DNA from: a virus
Lineage: Duplodnaviria > Caudoviricetes
DNA length: 44,205 nt
IMG/VR virus record: IMGVR_UViG_3300043443_000124
Coordinates: 1 to 44,205 of that record
Strand: one strand, 5' to 3'
Shown: positions 27,358 through 36,679 of the stretch, in pieces
How the letters are laid out: every line of letters begins with the position of its first letter
How positions within the stretch are numbered: position 1 is the first letter of the stretch
Made by a program: the position numbers and the translations under genes
Notes under the pieces: model-generated
Databases searched by the model: none
What the model saw: only the letters and a program-made list of their open reading frames with translations
What the model was told of the DNA's origin: nothing

Positions 27358-30300
27358 TTAATCCTTAGCTTTCTTCTCTACTTCTTCCACATTGCTAGCA
27401 GAAAGAATACCAGATTCAACTAAGAATTCCTTAAAGACTTCGCTAGCTTCTCCAGTCTGTAGGAACTTAGAGAATGATTCAGCAAAGTGCTCGCCGTAGC
27501 TGCTCTCGCCGTAACGAGTAATCTTTTCGGCTGCAACCTTTGCGTATCTAGGGTTGGTCTTGAATCCAAAGATGTTGATGAAGTTTTGGATTGTGTGGCC
27601 AAACTCGTGAGCAATTACGTGACTGAATGGAGTACCAAAGTACGCATCCTCAGGTAGGCCTCCACCGCGCAAGGCTTCAGCATTTACCAAAATAGTTGTA
27701 GTAAAGCTTCCATCGCTCTTAGGGAGAGCTATGTTTACACCAAGAACACCACTAGGGTTCAAACCGCCAGCTGATCTGTAAAGAGCAGAGAACTTTGACT
27801 CCTTCGATACTAGTCGAATAGTGTGGTCCATGCTGCCGAATGAGTCAGCAACTCCCTGGTCACCCAAGAACTTATCGATTGACTGAATAGTGCCAAAGTA
27901 GTCAGTAAGCTCGTTCTCTGGGAATGCAGGAGCTAGCTTTCCGTTAGGTCCCACCTCTAGATCAACAGAGATGTCGCGAATTGCTCCATCAGTCTTCCTA
28001 TACTTCGCAGGCTCTTTCAGAATCTCGGCAATCATCTGCTGCTTAGTCATTCCAAAGAATCCACGCTGCTTAGAGTGCTTTAGCTCAAGTAGTGTGCGGA
28101 TCTCTGAATCAGTGAGATCTGGGTACTGAGTTCGAGCAGCATCAATAAGCTTAGCTAGCTCTCCTGCATTGAAGTATGAAGTTGCATTTAGCGATGAAGA
28201 GTCAAACTCCCAGCCTGGGAACTTGTCCTTCAGGTCAGAAGCTAGCTCATCGATCTCTCGCTGAACTTCCTCATTTAGAGCTAGCTGCTGCTCTGCATTA
28301 CGCTTGGCGTTGACTGGAACATTGAAATCTAGACCGACACTCTTTGGACGTTCGATGGTGTTAGGGTCAGTTTCAAACTCAATCGAGTCAAGGTCGAAAT
28401 CTGGGTCAGACTCGTCCACGTCAGGGATGATCTGTTTAGTAGGTTTAGCAGCTTCTACATTGCTAGTGATTAGCTTAGGTCCGCGCTCTTCGCCAGCAGC
28501 AACAGCTGCCTTCTTAACTTCACCATCTCGGTTGATGTAAAGAATGCCGAAGCCCTTCTTGTCGTCCTTACCGACAATAGGAACAGACTCGACTACAACA
28601 CCTAGGTTTGCACCTTCCTTGCTGTAGAAGTTATCGCCAGGAACTAGATCGTCAACCTTAGAGATCTTATCTGGGATAGAAGTCTGTCCAGGGAATCGTA
28701 GGGTACCAGGTGTGTAGAACACACCGCGCTCTTCGCGCATTCTAGCTCCAGACACGCGGCCCTTGTATGTTGTTAGGGCTGTTTCCTGGTCCTTAAGAAT
28801 TGCAAGGCTTGTAGATGGTAGAGAGGTTCTCTTACCATCAGCATCGATGACAGTAACATAGTCACCGTAGTCAAAGATGTCGTCACTCTGAGCTGGAGCA
28901 GCTGTATTGACCTTCTGTCGTGCAACTACCTTGACAACTGACTTCTCGCCGATGTTGTTGGTGTACTCTACAACCTGACCAGGCTCTAGAGAAGTAACCT
29001 TGTCCTTTGATGACCAAGGTACGGCTCGATTTTCTGGGGTGTCAAGGAGGTTCTTCTGGACAGCTCGAGATGCCATAGTAACTGCGATACCGAAGCTACG
29101 CTTATCAGCGTCAGGGAAGCGCTCTGCAAACAGTTCACGAATTGCGGTTCTTGCTTCTTCGTGAGTCTGCTCATCTACTGGTAGACGACCAAAAACTGCA
29201 CGAAGGCGAGCTTCTAGTGCGTCACGGTCTCCACGCTCATAGGCTTCAAAAGTGCTAGGAACTTCTTGCTCAAGCAGGGTTCCGTTGACAGGGTTGACAC
29301 GCTGAGCGTAGCCAGTGGAGTAGTACTTGGCACTCTCAGCAACAGTCTTGGTTCTACCCTGATACTTGAAGTACAGAGAACGTTCTAGGACATCGTTAGC
29401 GTGAATAGCAGTGTCAAAAGTTGGGCTGTACTTACGAGTCTCTTTTCCAGTCAGGATGTCCGCAAGGACTTCTGGACCGTTGGTCTTACCAAAGAGAGCC
29501 TGAACTGAGTCACGAGCATCCTTGTGTAGAAGAGTCTGCTCCTCGCCAGTGTCTAGGTCCTTGAAGTGGAACATGTAAGCAATCTTCTTTTCGCCAGTAA
29601 TGGCTGCGCGAATTTCCCACTGAATGTTTTTGCCATTTTCAGTGGAAGTCTCTCGCATTAGGACTAACTGATCGCGGTCATTGAACTTAGAGTTCTTGTA
29701 GGTAGCTGCCAAGAAGTTGAGCATTGCATTAGGGTCACGAGGACGTCTAATCTTGCCCTTAGCATCAGTCTCTAGTACAGCCTCGCCGTTCTCGTCGACA
29801 AGTTCGTCTAGCTTTGCCTTACGAAGCTCTTCCAACTCTTCAGGCGTAAAAGTCTGACGCTTGATGGTTTTGCCGTCGTCCTTGCGGCGAGGGGCAGCTC
29901 CAACCTTCTGAGGCTTAGCTGGGGCAGCAGGTGCTTCTGGGACTTCTGGAGTCTCTGGGACTGATGGCTCGACTGCTTCTGGTGTTGCAGGTGCTTCTGG
30001 CTCAGATGGAATTTCTGCTTTAGGTGCAGGCTTGACTGGCTTTGGTAGGCCCTTCTTAGCCTGAACTACAGAGTAGTCCTTCTTCGGGTCAAGCGGGAAG
30101 AAACGACTAGGAATCTTCTGGCCAGGGTTCTTAGGGTCGTCAATTGGTCGAGTTACTGGACGTCCATCAGCAGTTAGAAGCTTCATCCAACCATCAGACA
30201 GACTGAGGTCTTCAATAGTGTAATCATTGCCGTCGCTAGCACGAATAACGTTGCCGCGATCTAGATTAAATCCGCGTGTCTTCTTGATCTTCGATTCAGC

Positions 30301-31032
30301 TTCTATTTTCTGAATCAAACTCTCGACGGTCTCTTTAGTGTCTCCGTTATATGCAATCTCGGCCATAAGCTCTGATAGTGCATCTCTAGATGTTAGATCT
30401 GGCTCGCCTTCTCCAGCACCCTTGTCAAACTCGTCTGGGTCAACGCCAGAATCACGGAGAAGCTGCTTAACTTCCTCTGGGTTTTCGGCTTCGAAGCCAG
30501 CTGGCATATCAGCAATAGGAGAGTTCTCTCGTCCATCCTGCTCGGCAGCCTTTTCTTCAGGAGTCAGCTCGCCACGTGCTAGACGCTCGTCTTCAGCTGT
30601 GATCTCCTGCGAGTTTGAAAGTAGGTTCTGCAAGTCTGGAAGCTTAGAGTCTTCAAGAGTTTTTACTGGCTTACCGAACTTGTCAGTTCTCTGGCCCTTC
30701 TGTCCGCCGTCAGCGTCAGGGATAATAGCTTTAAACTGCTGAAGGTTTCTTGACTCGACTTCATAGATACCAGCCTTTAGGCCAGAGTCCGTGTCTTTCG
30801 CAACCATAACGCGGGCAAAGCCTGGCTTACCTGATGGACCTACGTAGACACCGCGAGCTGTTGCAACTACTAGGTTGCCATCGCCAGTACGGAAGCGGAA
30901 CAGTACGTCCGCACCCATCTCAATCCATTGACCTTCGTCATCACGAGGCTGGATTCTCCAGAAACCCTTGTTGGCACCGTCATTAAAGCCAATGCCAGCG
31001 GTTAGTGCGGTGAATGTCAAGTCTTCGGACAT
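27358..31032 (-). CDS. Large multidomain head-region protein with C-terminal zincin-like metallopeptidase domain
   Basis: C-terminal HVIAHEFGH...ITRYG...EHFAESF (HExxH plus distal Glu); N-terminal QPRDDEGQW; Pro/Ala/Glu linker; several L.PG(D/Q) beta-rich modules. Confidence 0.72.
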   Translation of the reverse strand: MSEDLTFTALTAGIGFNDGANKGFWRIQPRDDEGQWIEMGADVLFRFRTGDGNLVVATARGVYVGPSGKPGFARVMVAKDTDSGLKAGIYEVESRNLQQFKAIIPDADGGQKGQRTDKFGKPVKTLEDSKLPDLQNLLSNSQEITAEDERLARGELTPEEKAAEQDGRENSPIADMPAGFEAENPEEVKQLLRDSGVDPDEFDKGAGEGEPDLTSRDALSELMAEIAYNGDTKETVESLIQKIEAESKIKKTRGFNLDRGNVIRASDGNDYTIEDLSLSDGWMKLLTADGRPVTRPIDDPKNPGQKIPSRFFPLDPKKDYSVVQAKKGLPKPVKPAPKAEIPSEPEAPATPEAVEPSVPETPEVPEAPAAPAKPQKVGAAPRRKDDGKTIKRQTFTPEELEELRKAKLDELVDENGEAVLETDAKGKIRRPRDPNAMLNFLAATYKNSKFNDRDQLVLMRETSTENGKNIQWEIRAAITGEKKIAYMFHFKDLDTGEEQTLLHKDARDSVQALFGKTNGPEVLADILTGKETRKYSPTFDTAIHANDVLERSLYFKYQGRTKTVAESAKYYSTGYAQRVNPVNGTLLEQEVPSTFEAYERGDRDALEARLRAVFGRLPVDEQTHEEARTAIRELFAERFPDADKRSFGIAVTMASRAVQKNLLDTPENRAVPWSSKDKVTSLEPGQVVEYTNNIGEKSVVKVVARQKVNTAAPAQSDDIFDYGDYVTVIDADGKRTSLPSTSLAILKDQETALTTYKGRVSGARMREERGVFYTPGTLRFPGQTSIPDKISKVDDLVPGDNFYSKEGANLGVVVESVPIVGKDDKKGFGILYINRDGEVKKAAVAAGEERGPKLITSNVEAAKPTKQIIPDVDESDPDFDLDSIEFETDPNTIERPKSVGLDFNVPVNAKRNAEQQLALNEEVQREIDELASDLKDKFPGWEFDSSSLNATSYFNAGELAKLIDAARTQYPDLTDSEIRTLLELKHSKQRGFFGMTKQQMIAEILKEPAKYRKTDGAIRDISVDLEVGPNGKLAPAFPENELTDYFGTIQSIDKFLGDQGVADSFGSMDHTIRLVSKESKFSALYRSAGGLNPSGVLGVNIALPKSDGSFTTTILVNAEALRGGGLPEDAYFGTPFSHVIAHEFGHTIQNFINIFGFKTNPRYAKVAAEKITRYGESSYGEHFAESFSKFLQTGEASEVFKEFLVESGILSASNVEEVEKKAKD

Positions 31033-31071
31033 GAAATATCCTCTACATATAAAGATAAGAAGCTATCTAAA

Positions 31072-31079
31072 ATTTTACC
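31072..31079 (-). promoter_or_regulatory. Recurrent GGTAAAAT promoter -10 element
   Basis: TTACGGTAAAATTT in the intergenic gap before the 1224-aa gene. Confidence 0.6.
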
Positions 31080-31089
31080 GTAATAATAT

Positions 31090-31779
31090 TTAATTGACTT
31101 TAGAGTAGCGATCAGATAAGTTTTTGATCTGCTGAAGAGTGCCTTCAGTTAGCGAACCACTCGAAACCATAGCTCTAATTCTAGTACTAGCGTGTAGAGA
31201 CTTTACGTAGTCAGAGTCTTCGCTGAATGCAGTCAGTAGAGCTTCTCTTCCCGAATTGTCCAGGTCAGGAGCTCCAGCTACCCAAGCTGCGGCAGCCGAC
31301 ACAGCACATTCGGTGTCTGGGTGGCCTTCAGCAGTGAACTCTGCGTACATAGAGAAGTCTTCTCCATCCGCAACTGTTCCAGTTGTAGCGTATTCAGCAA
31401 ATGTGTGAAGCTCCCACATAATCGCTGAGTGGATGTCGTCGCAAGAAGCTAGGTAGCTGTACTTTTCCAAGGCAGCCCTAGCAACCGAGTATGCAGACTC
31501 CTTTGAAACGTGTCGAGAAACACCGAACGATGAGTTAACGTCATCAATCAAATAATTAATGGTGGCAGAAGAAGGTACGCAGTTAGGAACGCGCTTGCCA
31601 TTCTTCTCCTTCATGCCAACCTGAACATAGCCAGACCAGCAAGGATCATCCTCGTCCTTCTCTAGAGCAGCTTCAGTTTCAGTCTCCTCTTCAGGGGTGA
31701 TGATTTTTTCTTCAGTCAAAATCTCTTCTGGAGCTGTAGCTCCTCCAGTAGCTAGAATTACTTTTTCGATGTATTCCAT
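31090..31779 (-). CDS. Hypothetical head-region protein with a CWxGY...VPNCVP motif
   Basis: 229-aa ORF coupled to dps (TAATG); contains DPCWSGYVQVGMKEKNGKRVPNCVP. Confidence 0.65.
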   Translation of the reverse strand: MEYIEKVILATGGATAPEEILTEEKIITPEEETETEAALEKDEDDPCWSGYVQVGMKEKNGKRVPNCVPSSATINYLIDDVNSSFGVSRHVSKESAYSVARAALEKYSYLASCDDIHSAIMWELHTFAEYATTGTVADGEDFSMYAEFTAEGHPDTECAVSAAAAWVAGAPDLDNSGREALLTAFSEDSDYVKSLHASTRIRAMVSSGSLTEGTLQQIKNLSDRYSKVN

Positions 31780-32234
31780 TAGCGAACCCCTAAGAATGCC
31801 TTAATCTGCCAAATCCACTTAGCGTACATGTCCATGCGTGTAGCCAAGAAGTCCATTAGTCCCTGCAGATTGCAGTGGTTTGCGTGGCGGAAAGCCTCTT
31901 CATGGCAATCATAAAGGTGCTGGACAACACGAAGAGCTGACTCCAATAGGAATCTGCTAGAGCTGCCATCTTGACGATCTTCTCTAATACATGACATCTC
32001 TACGAAGTCTGAAAGAAGATATGGAGCTGGGAATCCAACCTTTAGGATATTCTCCGCTAGATCGTCGATAGAGCCGTCAACATCTGCATATAGCTCCCCG
32101 AAAAACTCGTGGTACTCGCCGAAGTCTGGGCCCATAACATTCCAGTGGTAGCCCTGAAGAATGAATTTTGCGGAGACTACATCAGAAAGCAGTACTGCTA
32201 ACTTCTGTGCTACGTCTGTCTTACTGCTTTCCAT
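31779..32234 (-). CDS. dps: Dps family mini-ferritin (DNA protection during starvation)
   Basis: Dps signature YHWNVMGPDFGEYHEFFGELY, ferroxidase segment DDLAE, C-terminal KWIWQIKA; 151 aa. Confidence 0.9.
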   Translation of the reverse strand: MESSKTDVAQKLAVLLSDVVSAKFILQGYHWNVMGPDFGEYHEFFGELYADVDGSIDDLAENILKVGFPAPYLLSDFVEMSCIREDRQDGSSSRFLLESALRVVQHLYDCHEEAFRHANHCNLQGLMDFLATRMDMYAKWIWQIKAFLGVR

Positions 32235-32235
32235 G

Positions 32236-33954
32236 TTATACCTCTGGTTCTGCTAGCCCTGGAGCTTGCGCTTCAGTTGGCGCGGCACCTTCTGGTGATC
32301 CGCCTTGTAGTAGTTGATCAATGTCTGGTGGAATTGGTGCCCCACTTTGCTGCATGTTCTGTCCGCGAACCTTCTGCATCAGCTCTGGAGCAACGGCACC
32401 AAGCATGGACTCTGTTAGCTCTGGACTAACCATGCCCTTGCTCATGATGAGTCTCAGTGCGAACTCTGTAGGGTCAGGCGCGTCGGTCTCAGAGAAACCG
32501 TGAGCACGACGCCATGCGTCATACGAAACCGCCATCTTGTCAAAGCCCATGTCAGCGTCTGCAGCGCGGTCATTGCGAGTAGCAACCAGGCTTGGGTCAT
32601 ACCAAATGCAAACGTTCTTAACCTCTTCTTCAGAGTAACCGTTAGCAACTAGGTATGGACGCAAGTACATAACTGTCAGTGCGTCAACGATAAGAAGCAT
32701 CAGAGGCTCGATGTGCGCCTTGTAGAGGGCTTCATCAATCTGTAGGGCGTTGGAGTACTTAACGTTCGCAAGTCCCGTTACAACGTCTTTGGGGACGTCT
32801 AGACCCTGCATGATACGCTCTAGTACACGGTCTGCACGCTGAGCAAGAGCTGGGTCGAATGAACGCTCGAACTTGAACTGCTTAATCTTGTCACCAAGTT
32901 CAGCAGGACCACGAATGATCAAAGGAACAACGGCGCTCGCAGAGTCCTCGTCCTTGATCGGAGTGGTCATTGCATCGATTAGCTGGTCTTCAAAGTCATC
33001 AGCCGCTTCTTCAGGGGTGTAAGTCTCGTTGTAATTGCCATCTTCATCGTAAGGATAGTCAGGATCAGGACCAGCAGCAACAGAAAGGCCGTCAGGAAGA
33101 TACAGAGCGCCAGCATTGAGGCGAGAGCGAGCAGTCGCACGGAATGTCCTATTCAGTAGTAGGAGCTCAGCACAGAGATCTAGTAGACCACGTAGTGAAG
33201 AGTCAGCCTCTTGGCTATAGCGAGGGTGTGAGCGCCAAATGCGACCAACAAAAGCTTTCTGAGGAAGAGCAATAGCTTCCTTGTTGCCCTGAGACATCAT
33301 TCCACCGTTACCAACGTCACGACGTGGGTTGATGATGTAGTTTCCCTTTGAGTCAACCTGTAGTTCGTCCACTGAACGAATGTCCCAGCTCTCTGGGAGT
33401 CCCGAACCAATACGCTCTGGGACCTGAACTAGGTAGCACTCGCCAGTTACCTGAATATTTAGAGCTGCATCCTTGAGAAGACCAGCCTGCCCGCCAAATG
33501 CAGAGCTTAGACGGTCCAAAGCACGCTGAGAAGCCGCTGCTAGGCGAGAGTCAACCTTGCTAACGTCTTCAATAGGGGCTGGAGCTTCGTTTGGGTTGTT
33601 TACTGCAGCAGCATAGAGGCGGATACGTGAAACAACAGACGCAACTAAGTTAAATGCGTACTTGATTTCTCCAATTGAGTCGTAGTACTCCCAGGCCTCG
33701 GTCTGCCAAGAGGTAGAAGCTGATTGGCGGCGAGCCTTAAAGAGCTCTGCTTCGCCTTTATCGTTGAGATTTACCTGAGCAGCGGCAGCAGTGAGTGGTC
33801 GAGGAGTGTTAAAGACTTGAGGCTCGGCGTAGACGATTCCAAACGAGTCAACTGAGATGCCAGGAGCAACACGAGTAGCGTTCTTTGGGGCTGAAGCACG
33901 CACGTTTCTGCGAGTCTCACTCGGCTTTGCGTTTTCTTTCTTAAAAATACCCAA
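32236..33954 (-). CDS. Portal protein
   Basis: WQTEAWEYYDSIGEIKY...SRIRLY, TGECYLV, RIWRSHPR....DS and SAVVPLII, resembling cluster-B-like actinophage portals; downstream of terminase. Confidence 0.88.
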   Translation of the reverse strand: MGIFKKENAKPSETRRNVRASAPKNATRVAPGISVDSFGIVYAEPQVFNTPRPLTAAAAQVNLNDKGEAELFKARRQSASTSWQTEAWEYYDSIGEIKYAFNLVASVVSRIRLYAAAVNNPNEAPAPIEDVSKVDSRLAAASQRALDRLSSAFGGQAGLLKDAALNIQVTGECYLVQVPERIGSGLPESWDIRSVDELQVDSKGNYIINPRRDVGNGGMMSQGNKEAIALPQKAFVGRIWRSHPRYSQEADSSLRGLLDLCAELLLLNRTFRATARSRLNAGALYLPDGLSVAAGPDPDYPYDEDGNYNETYTPEEAADDFEDQLIDAMTTPIKDEDSASAVVPLIIRGPAELGDKIKQFKFERSFDPALAQRADRVLERIMQGLDVPKDVVTGLANVKYSNALQIDEALYKAHIEPLMLLIVDALTVMYLRPYLVANGYSEEEVKNVCIWYDPSLVATRNDRAADADMGFDKMAVSYDAWRRAHGFSETDAPDPTEFALRLIMSKGMVSPELTESMLGAVAPELMQKVRGQNMQQSGAPIPPDIDQLLQGGSPEGAAPTEAQAPGLAEPEV

Positions 33955-33970
33955 GACGGGCTCCTACCTG

Positions 33971-34261
33971 TTATCGTTCAATCCAGGCTGACAAAAGCCC
34001 GACCGAAGCAGAAATAGCCAACACTAATGATACCACAGTAGCAGCTACGGGTAAAGTCAACCAGAAAATAACTACAAAAACCGACGCCCAGAACCCAGTG
34101 CACCAGTTACATGTAATTAAGTATCCAATTTTTGTGTTCGGTGGAAACTTTTTCCACACTTTTGTACGAAAACCATCGGCAATTGCATCTGTAGTGATCA
34201 GATGCGTCAATCTATAGGCAGCTAGTGCCAAAATCACAAACGTAGTTATGTCAATTCCCAA
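33971..34261 (-). CDS. DUF1360-like membrane protein
   Basis: LAAYRLTHLITTDAI...GYLITCNWCTGFW with hydrophobic helices; between terminase and portal. Confidence 0.75.
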   Translation of the reverse strand: MGIDITTFVILALAAYRLTHLITTDAIADGFRTKVWKKFPPNTKIGYLITCNWCTGFWASVFVVIFWLTLPVAATVVSLVLAISASVGLLSAWIER

Positions 34262-34262
34262 T

Positions 34263-34622
34263 TTAGTCCTTTATCGAGCCTAGAGTGTTGTATGGATTCC
34301 ATCCTCTTAGACGTGATCCACACCCGCAGCCAGTGTCTTTCTTGAATGCTAGCATCTTTCCTGACGTTGTGACAATAAAAGAATCTTTTGTAGGCTCCTT
34401 CGAAGGAATGAAGGTGTCATATGTCTCTCGAAATACGATTTGCGGGCCATCATTTCCATCCTTTGCGACCACAACGTGTGTTTCGGTAACTATAACTCGT
34501 GTAATTTCGAGATAATTTGACCCTGGAGTGGGTTCGAAGCTTCTCATGGTCGTTACATCTTCAATTTTTTCTGGTCCGATGGCAGCTAAGTGGCATGGAA
34601 AGCGATCAAGCAGAATTCTCAC
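34263..34622 (-). CDS. Hypothetical protein with C-terminal GCGCG motif
   Basis: 119 aa; its GTG start overlaps the terminase stop codon. Confidence 0.6.
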   Translation of the reverse strand: MRILLDRFPCHLAAIGPEKIEDVTTMRSFEPTPGSNYLEITRVIVTETHVVVAKDGNDGPQIVFRETYDTFIPSKEPTKDSFIVTTSGKMLAFKKDTGCGCGSRLRGWNPYNTLGSIKD

Positions 34623-36049
34623 TATTTCACCCTAAAAACACGGCCTGCAGGGCGATTATTTGGGTTTACAACACCTAATTTGCGGTCTGCAAAGCTCTTT
34701 GCACGGATTTTACCGCCAGAAAAGCCTGGAGGTGGCTTAATTAGTAGCGCGGTGAGCGCGTGAACCAGTGCGTCGACACGGTCAGGAGACTTAGACGCAC
34801 TTTCTGGGATCCAAGAGTACATCTGAGACTCTAAATCTTGCAAATATCCGACGTGGTGGACGCGCTTTTGCTCGTAAGCAAGCACTACTGGCTCTGCACG
34901 GAGAGCTTTTCCATATTTTGAGTGAACTTCTAGGACCTTAATGGTCGGATCGATCGAGAGGATGGCATTTTTAACGAGAGCGCCACCCTGATTAACCTCG
35001 GCAACAACGGGACAACCCCACTTGCGAGCCATTTCCACAACTTTACGGGCCCAGGTGTCGGGGGAACCATGAATTGTAGCGTCTTCAAGAACCCAAGCAT
35101 TTCTTTTATAGAGATCTTGTTCTGCAGTCGCTGCGCAGACAACAATGCCGCACTCGTCACGGGGATTCTCAGCAACCGAAGGGTCCACGCCGATAACACG
35201 TAACGGAGTAGCTGGAGGGTAAACCATCTCTCTAGCCGATTCAACCATCTCTTCATTCCAAAGAGCTCCTTCAACGTCGTCTAGCATCTCACCGTAGAGT
35301 TCCTGACGAGCTAGGCTGGTTCCTTCATATACTCCAGTAATTGTGTCCAAGTATGCCTGAGACAAGTTACCAGCGTTATCTAGGGTCGAACCTCTAGTCA
35401 CAACTACCTTGGCACCACCAGGGCGGTCAGTGCGCGACTCTTCAATTAGTTTGTAAAGAAGCGGAACACGCTTTGGCGTAGTGGTACAAATCAGTTTTGG
35501 GTTTCTACCGAGACGAGTACCAACTCGAAGGTTGTCGAATGCGGTCATACCTGCAGCATCTGGAGTCTGACGCCAAGCTGCGATCTCATCACCCCATGCG
35601 TGCGTGAACTGAGGACCACGGAGAGAGTCAGGCTCATCCGCGGTAAAGAGTGTTGCGGTGTTTCCATTTGGCCAAGTTAGACGACGCTTCGAAGGCTCGT
35701 AGTGTGGCTTCTCGGAAGGCGGCGAAATGTTGATGATACCTGATTCACCTTCAACAATAACGTCACGTACGTCAGCTGCAGTACGAGCAACTAGAGCGAA
35801 TCGACGCTGACCTTCGTTGGTATATTTAGCTTCTTCACGAACCCACTCGGATGCAAGACGAGTCTTACCAAAACCACGACCAGCGAGAACTAGCCAAACG
35901 TTCCAGTCATCACCTTTCGGGGCAAACTGCTCTGGACGCCCCCAGACGGACCAGTCCCAGACTAGTGCTTCTGGATCCATACCAGCAAGAATCGCATTGC
36001 GTTCTTCTTCGGGCAGCGTTGCTAGCTGCTCCATGATGCTTTTACCCAT
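34622..36049 (-). CDS. terL: Terminase large subunit
   Basis: Walker A AGRGFGKT, LRGPQ, Walker B WGDE, motif III TTTP, RQELYGE, nuclease residues GVDP, EVNQGG and SPDRVDA. Confidence 0.95.
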   Translation of the reverse strand: MGKSIMEQLATLPEEERNAILAGMDPEALVWDWSVWGRPEQFAPKGDDWNVWLVLAGRGFGKTRLASEWVREEAKYTNEGQRRFALVARTAADVRDVIVEGESGIINISPPSEKPHYEPSKRRLTWPNGNTATLFTADEPDSLRGPQFTHAWGDEIAAWRQTPDAAGMTAFDNLRVGTRLGRNPKLICTTTPKRVPLLYKLIEESRTDRPGGAKVVVTRGSTLDNAGNLSQAYLDTITGVYEGTSLARQELYGEMLDDVEGALWNEEMVESAREMVYPPATPLRVIGVDPSVAENPRDECGIVVCAATAEQDLYKRNAWVLEDATIHGSPDTWARKVVEMARKWGCPVVAEVNQGGALVKNAILSIDPTIKVLEVHSKYGKALRAEPVVLAYEQKRVHHVGYLQDLESQMYSWIPESASKSPDRVDALVHALTALLIKPPPGFSGGKIRAKSFADRKLGVVNPNNRPAGRVFRVK

Positions 36050-36053
36050 AGAG

Positions 36054-36587
36054 CTATTCTAGCTCAGACATTGAACGTAGAGAAGAAACTGGTACCAAAT
36101 ATGTTGGCTTGCCGTTCTCTTCTCCATTAATTAGGTCTGGGCGAAGAACTTCATTTGGATAGCACCAACCGTGTGCAATAAAGTCTGGAGTTCTGTAGTC
36201 GTTGATTGCACTACGAATAATTTTCTTCTCTGGTCCACCAGTCAGAAGCACGTAGGGGGAGTTTAGTTTGTCAACATCTCCGCTGAATCTCAGGGTTGGC
36301 TCTCGTAAGCCGCCATCCGTGAAGCGGTAACGAACTTCCCAGATGCCGACATCTGGTTCGCCTTTACGGGTATTCACGCTAGGGGAAAAATCATCCATGC
36401 CAAGCATTCTGGCAAACGCAATCTCGGACATAACTGTCATTGTGTGCTGCCAGGTCTCCCACATATCTCCCTCGGAGTATCTGCGGTTTGCTTCGGGTGC
36501 GCCTAAGTACGGCTGCTGTCGAAGAAATCCAACGCTGCAGGCAAGTGCCTCTTCTGTGGGGGTAAGTCCGTAAGCCCATCTAGTCAT
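36054..36587 (-). CDS. Hypothetical protein, possibly nuclease-fold
   Basis: 177 aa; SEIAFA...PDVG.WEVR resembles a degenerate PD-(D/E)XK pattern. The function call is weak. Confidence 0.55.
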   Translation of the reverse strand: MTRWAYGLTPTEEALACSVGFLRQQPYLGAPEANRRYSEGDMWETWQHTMTVMSEIAFARMLGMDDFSPSVNTRKGEPDVGIWEVRYRFTDGGLREPTLRFSGDVDKLNSPYVLLTGGPEKKIIRSAINDYRTPDFIAHGWCYPNEVLRPDLINGEENGKPTYLVPVSSLRSMSELE

Positions 36588-36624
36588 TTTGAAAGACTAT
36601 ATCTTCTTCGATAAAAATGCAAGT

Positions 36625-36671
36625 AAAAATAAAACACCCTGGCACTCTTTCGAGCTTGTTCCAGGGTGTTT
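36625..36671 (-). terminator. Intrinsic terminator closing the ncRNA transcript
   Basis: Minus strand AAACACCCTGG...GCTC-GAAA-GAGT...CCAGGGTGTTT followed by TATTTTT. Confidence 0.8.
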
Positions 36672-36679
36672 ATAGTGAA

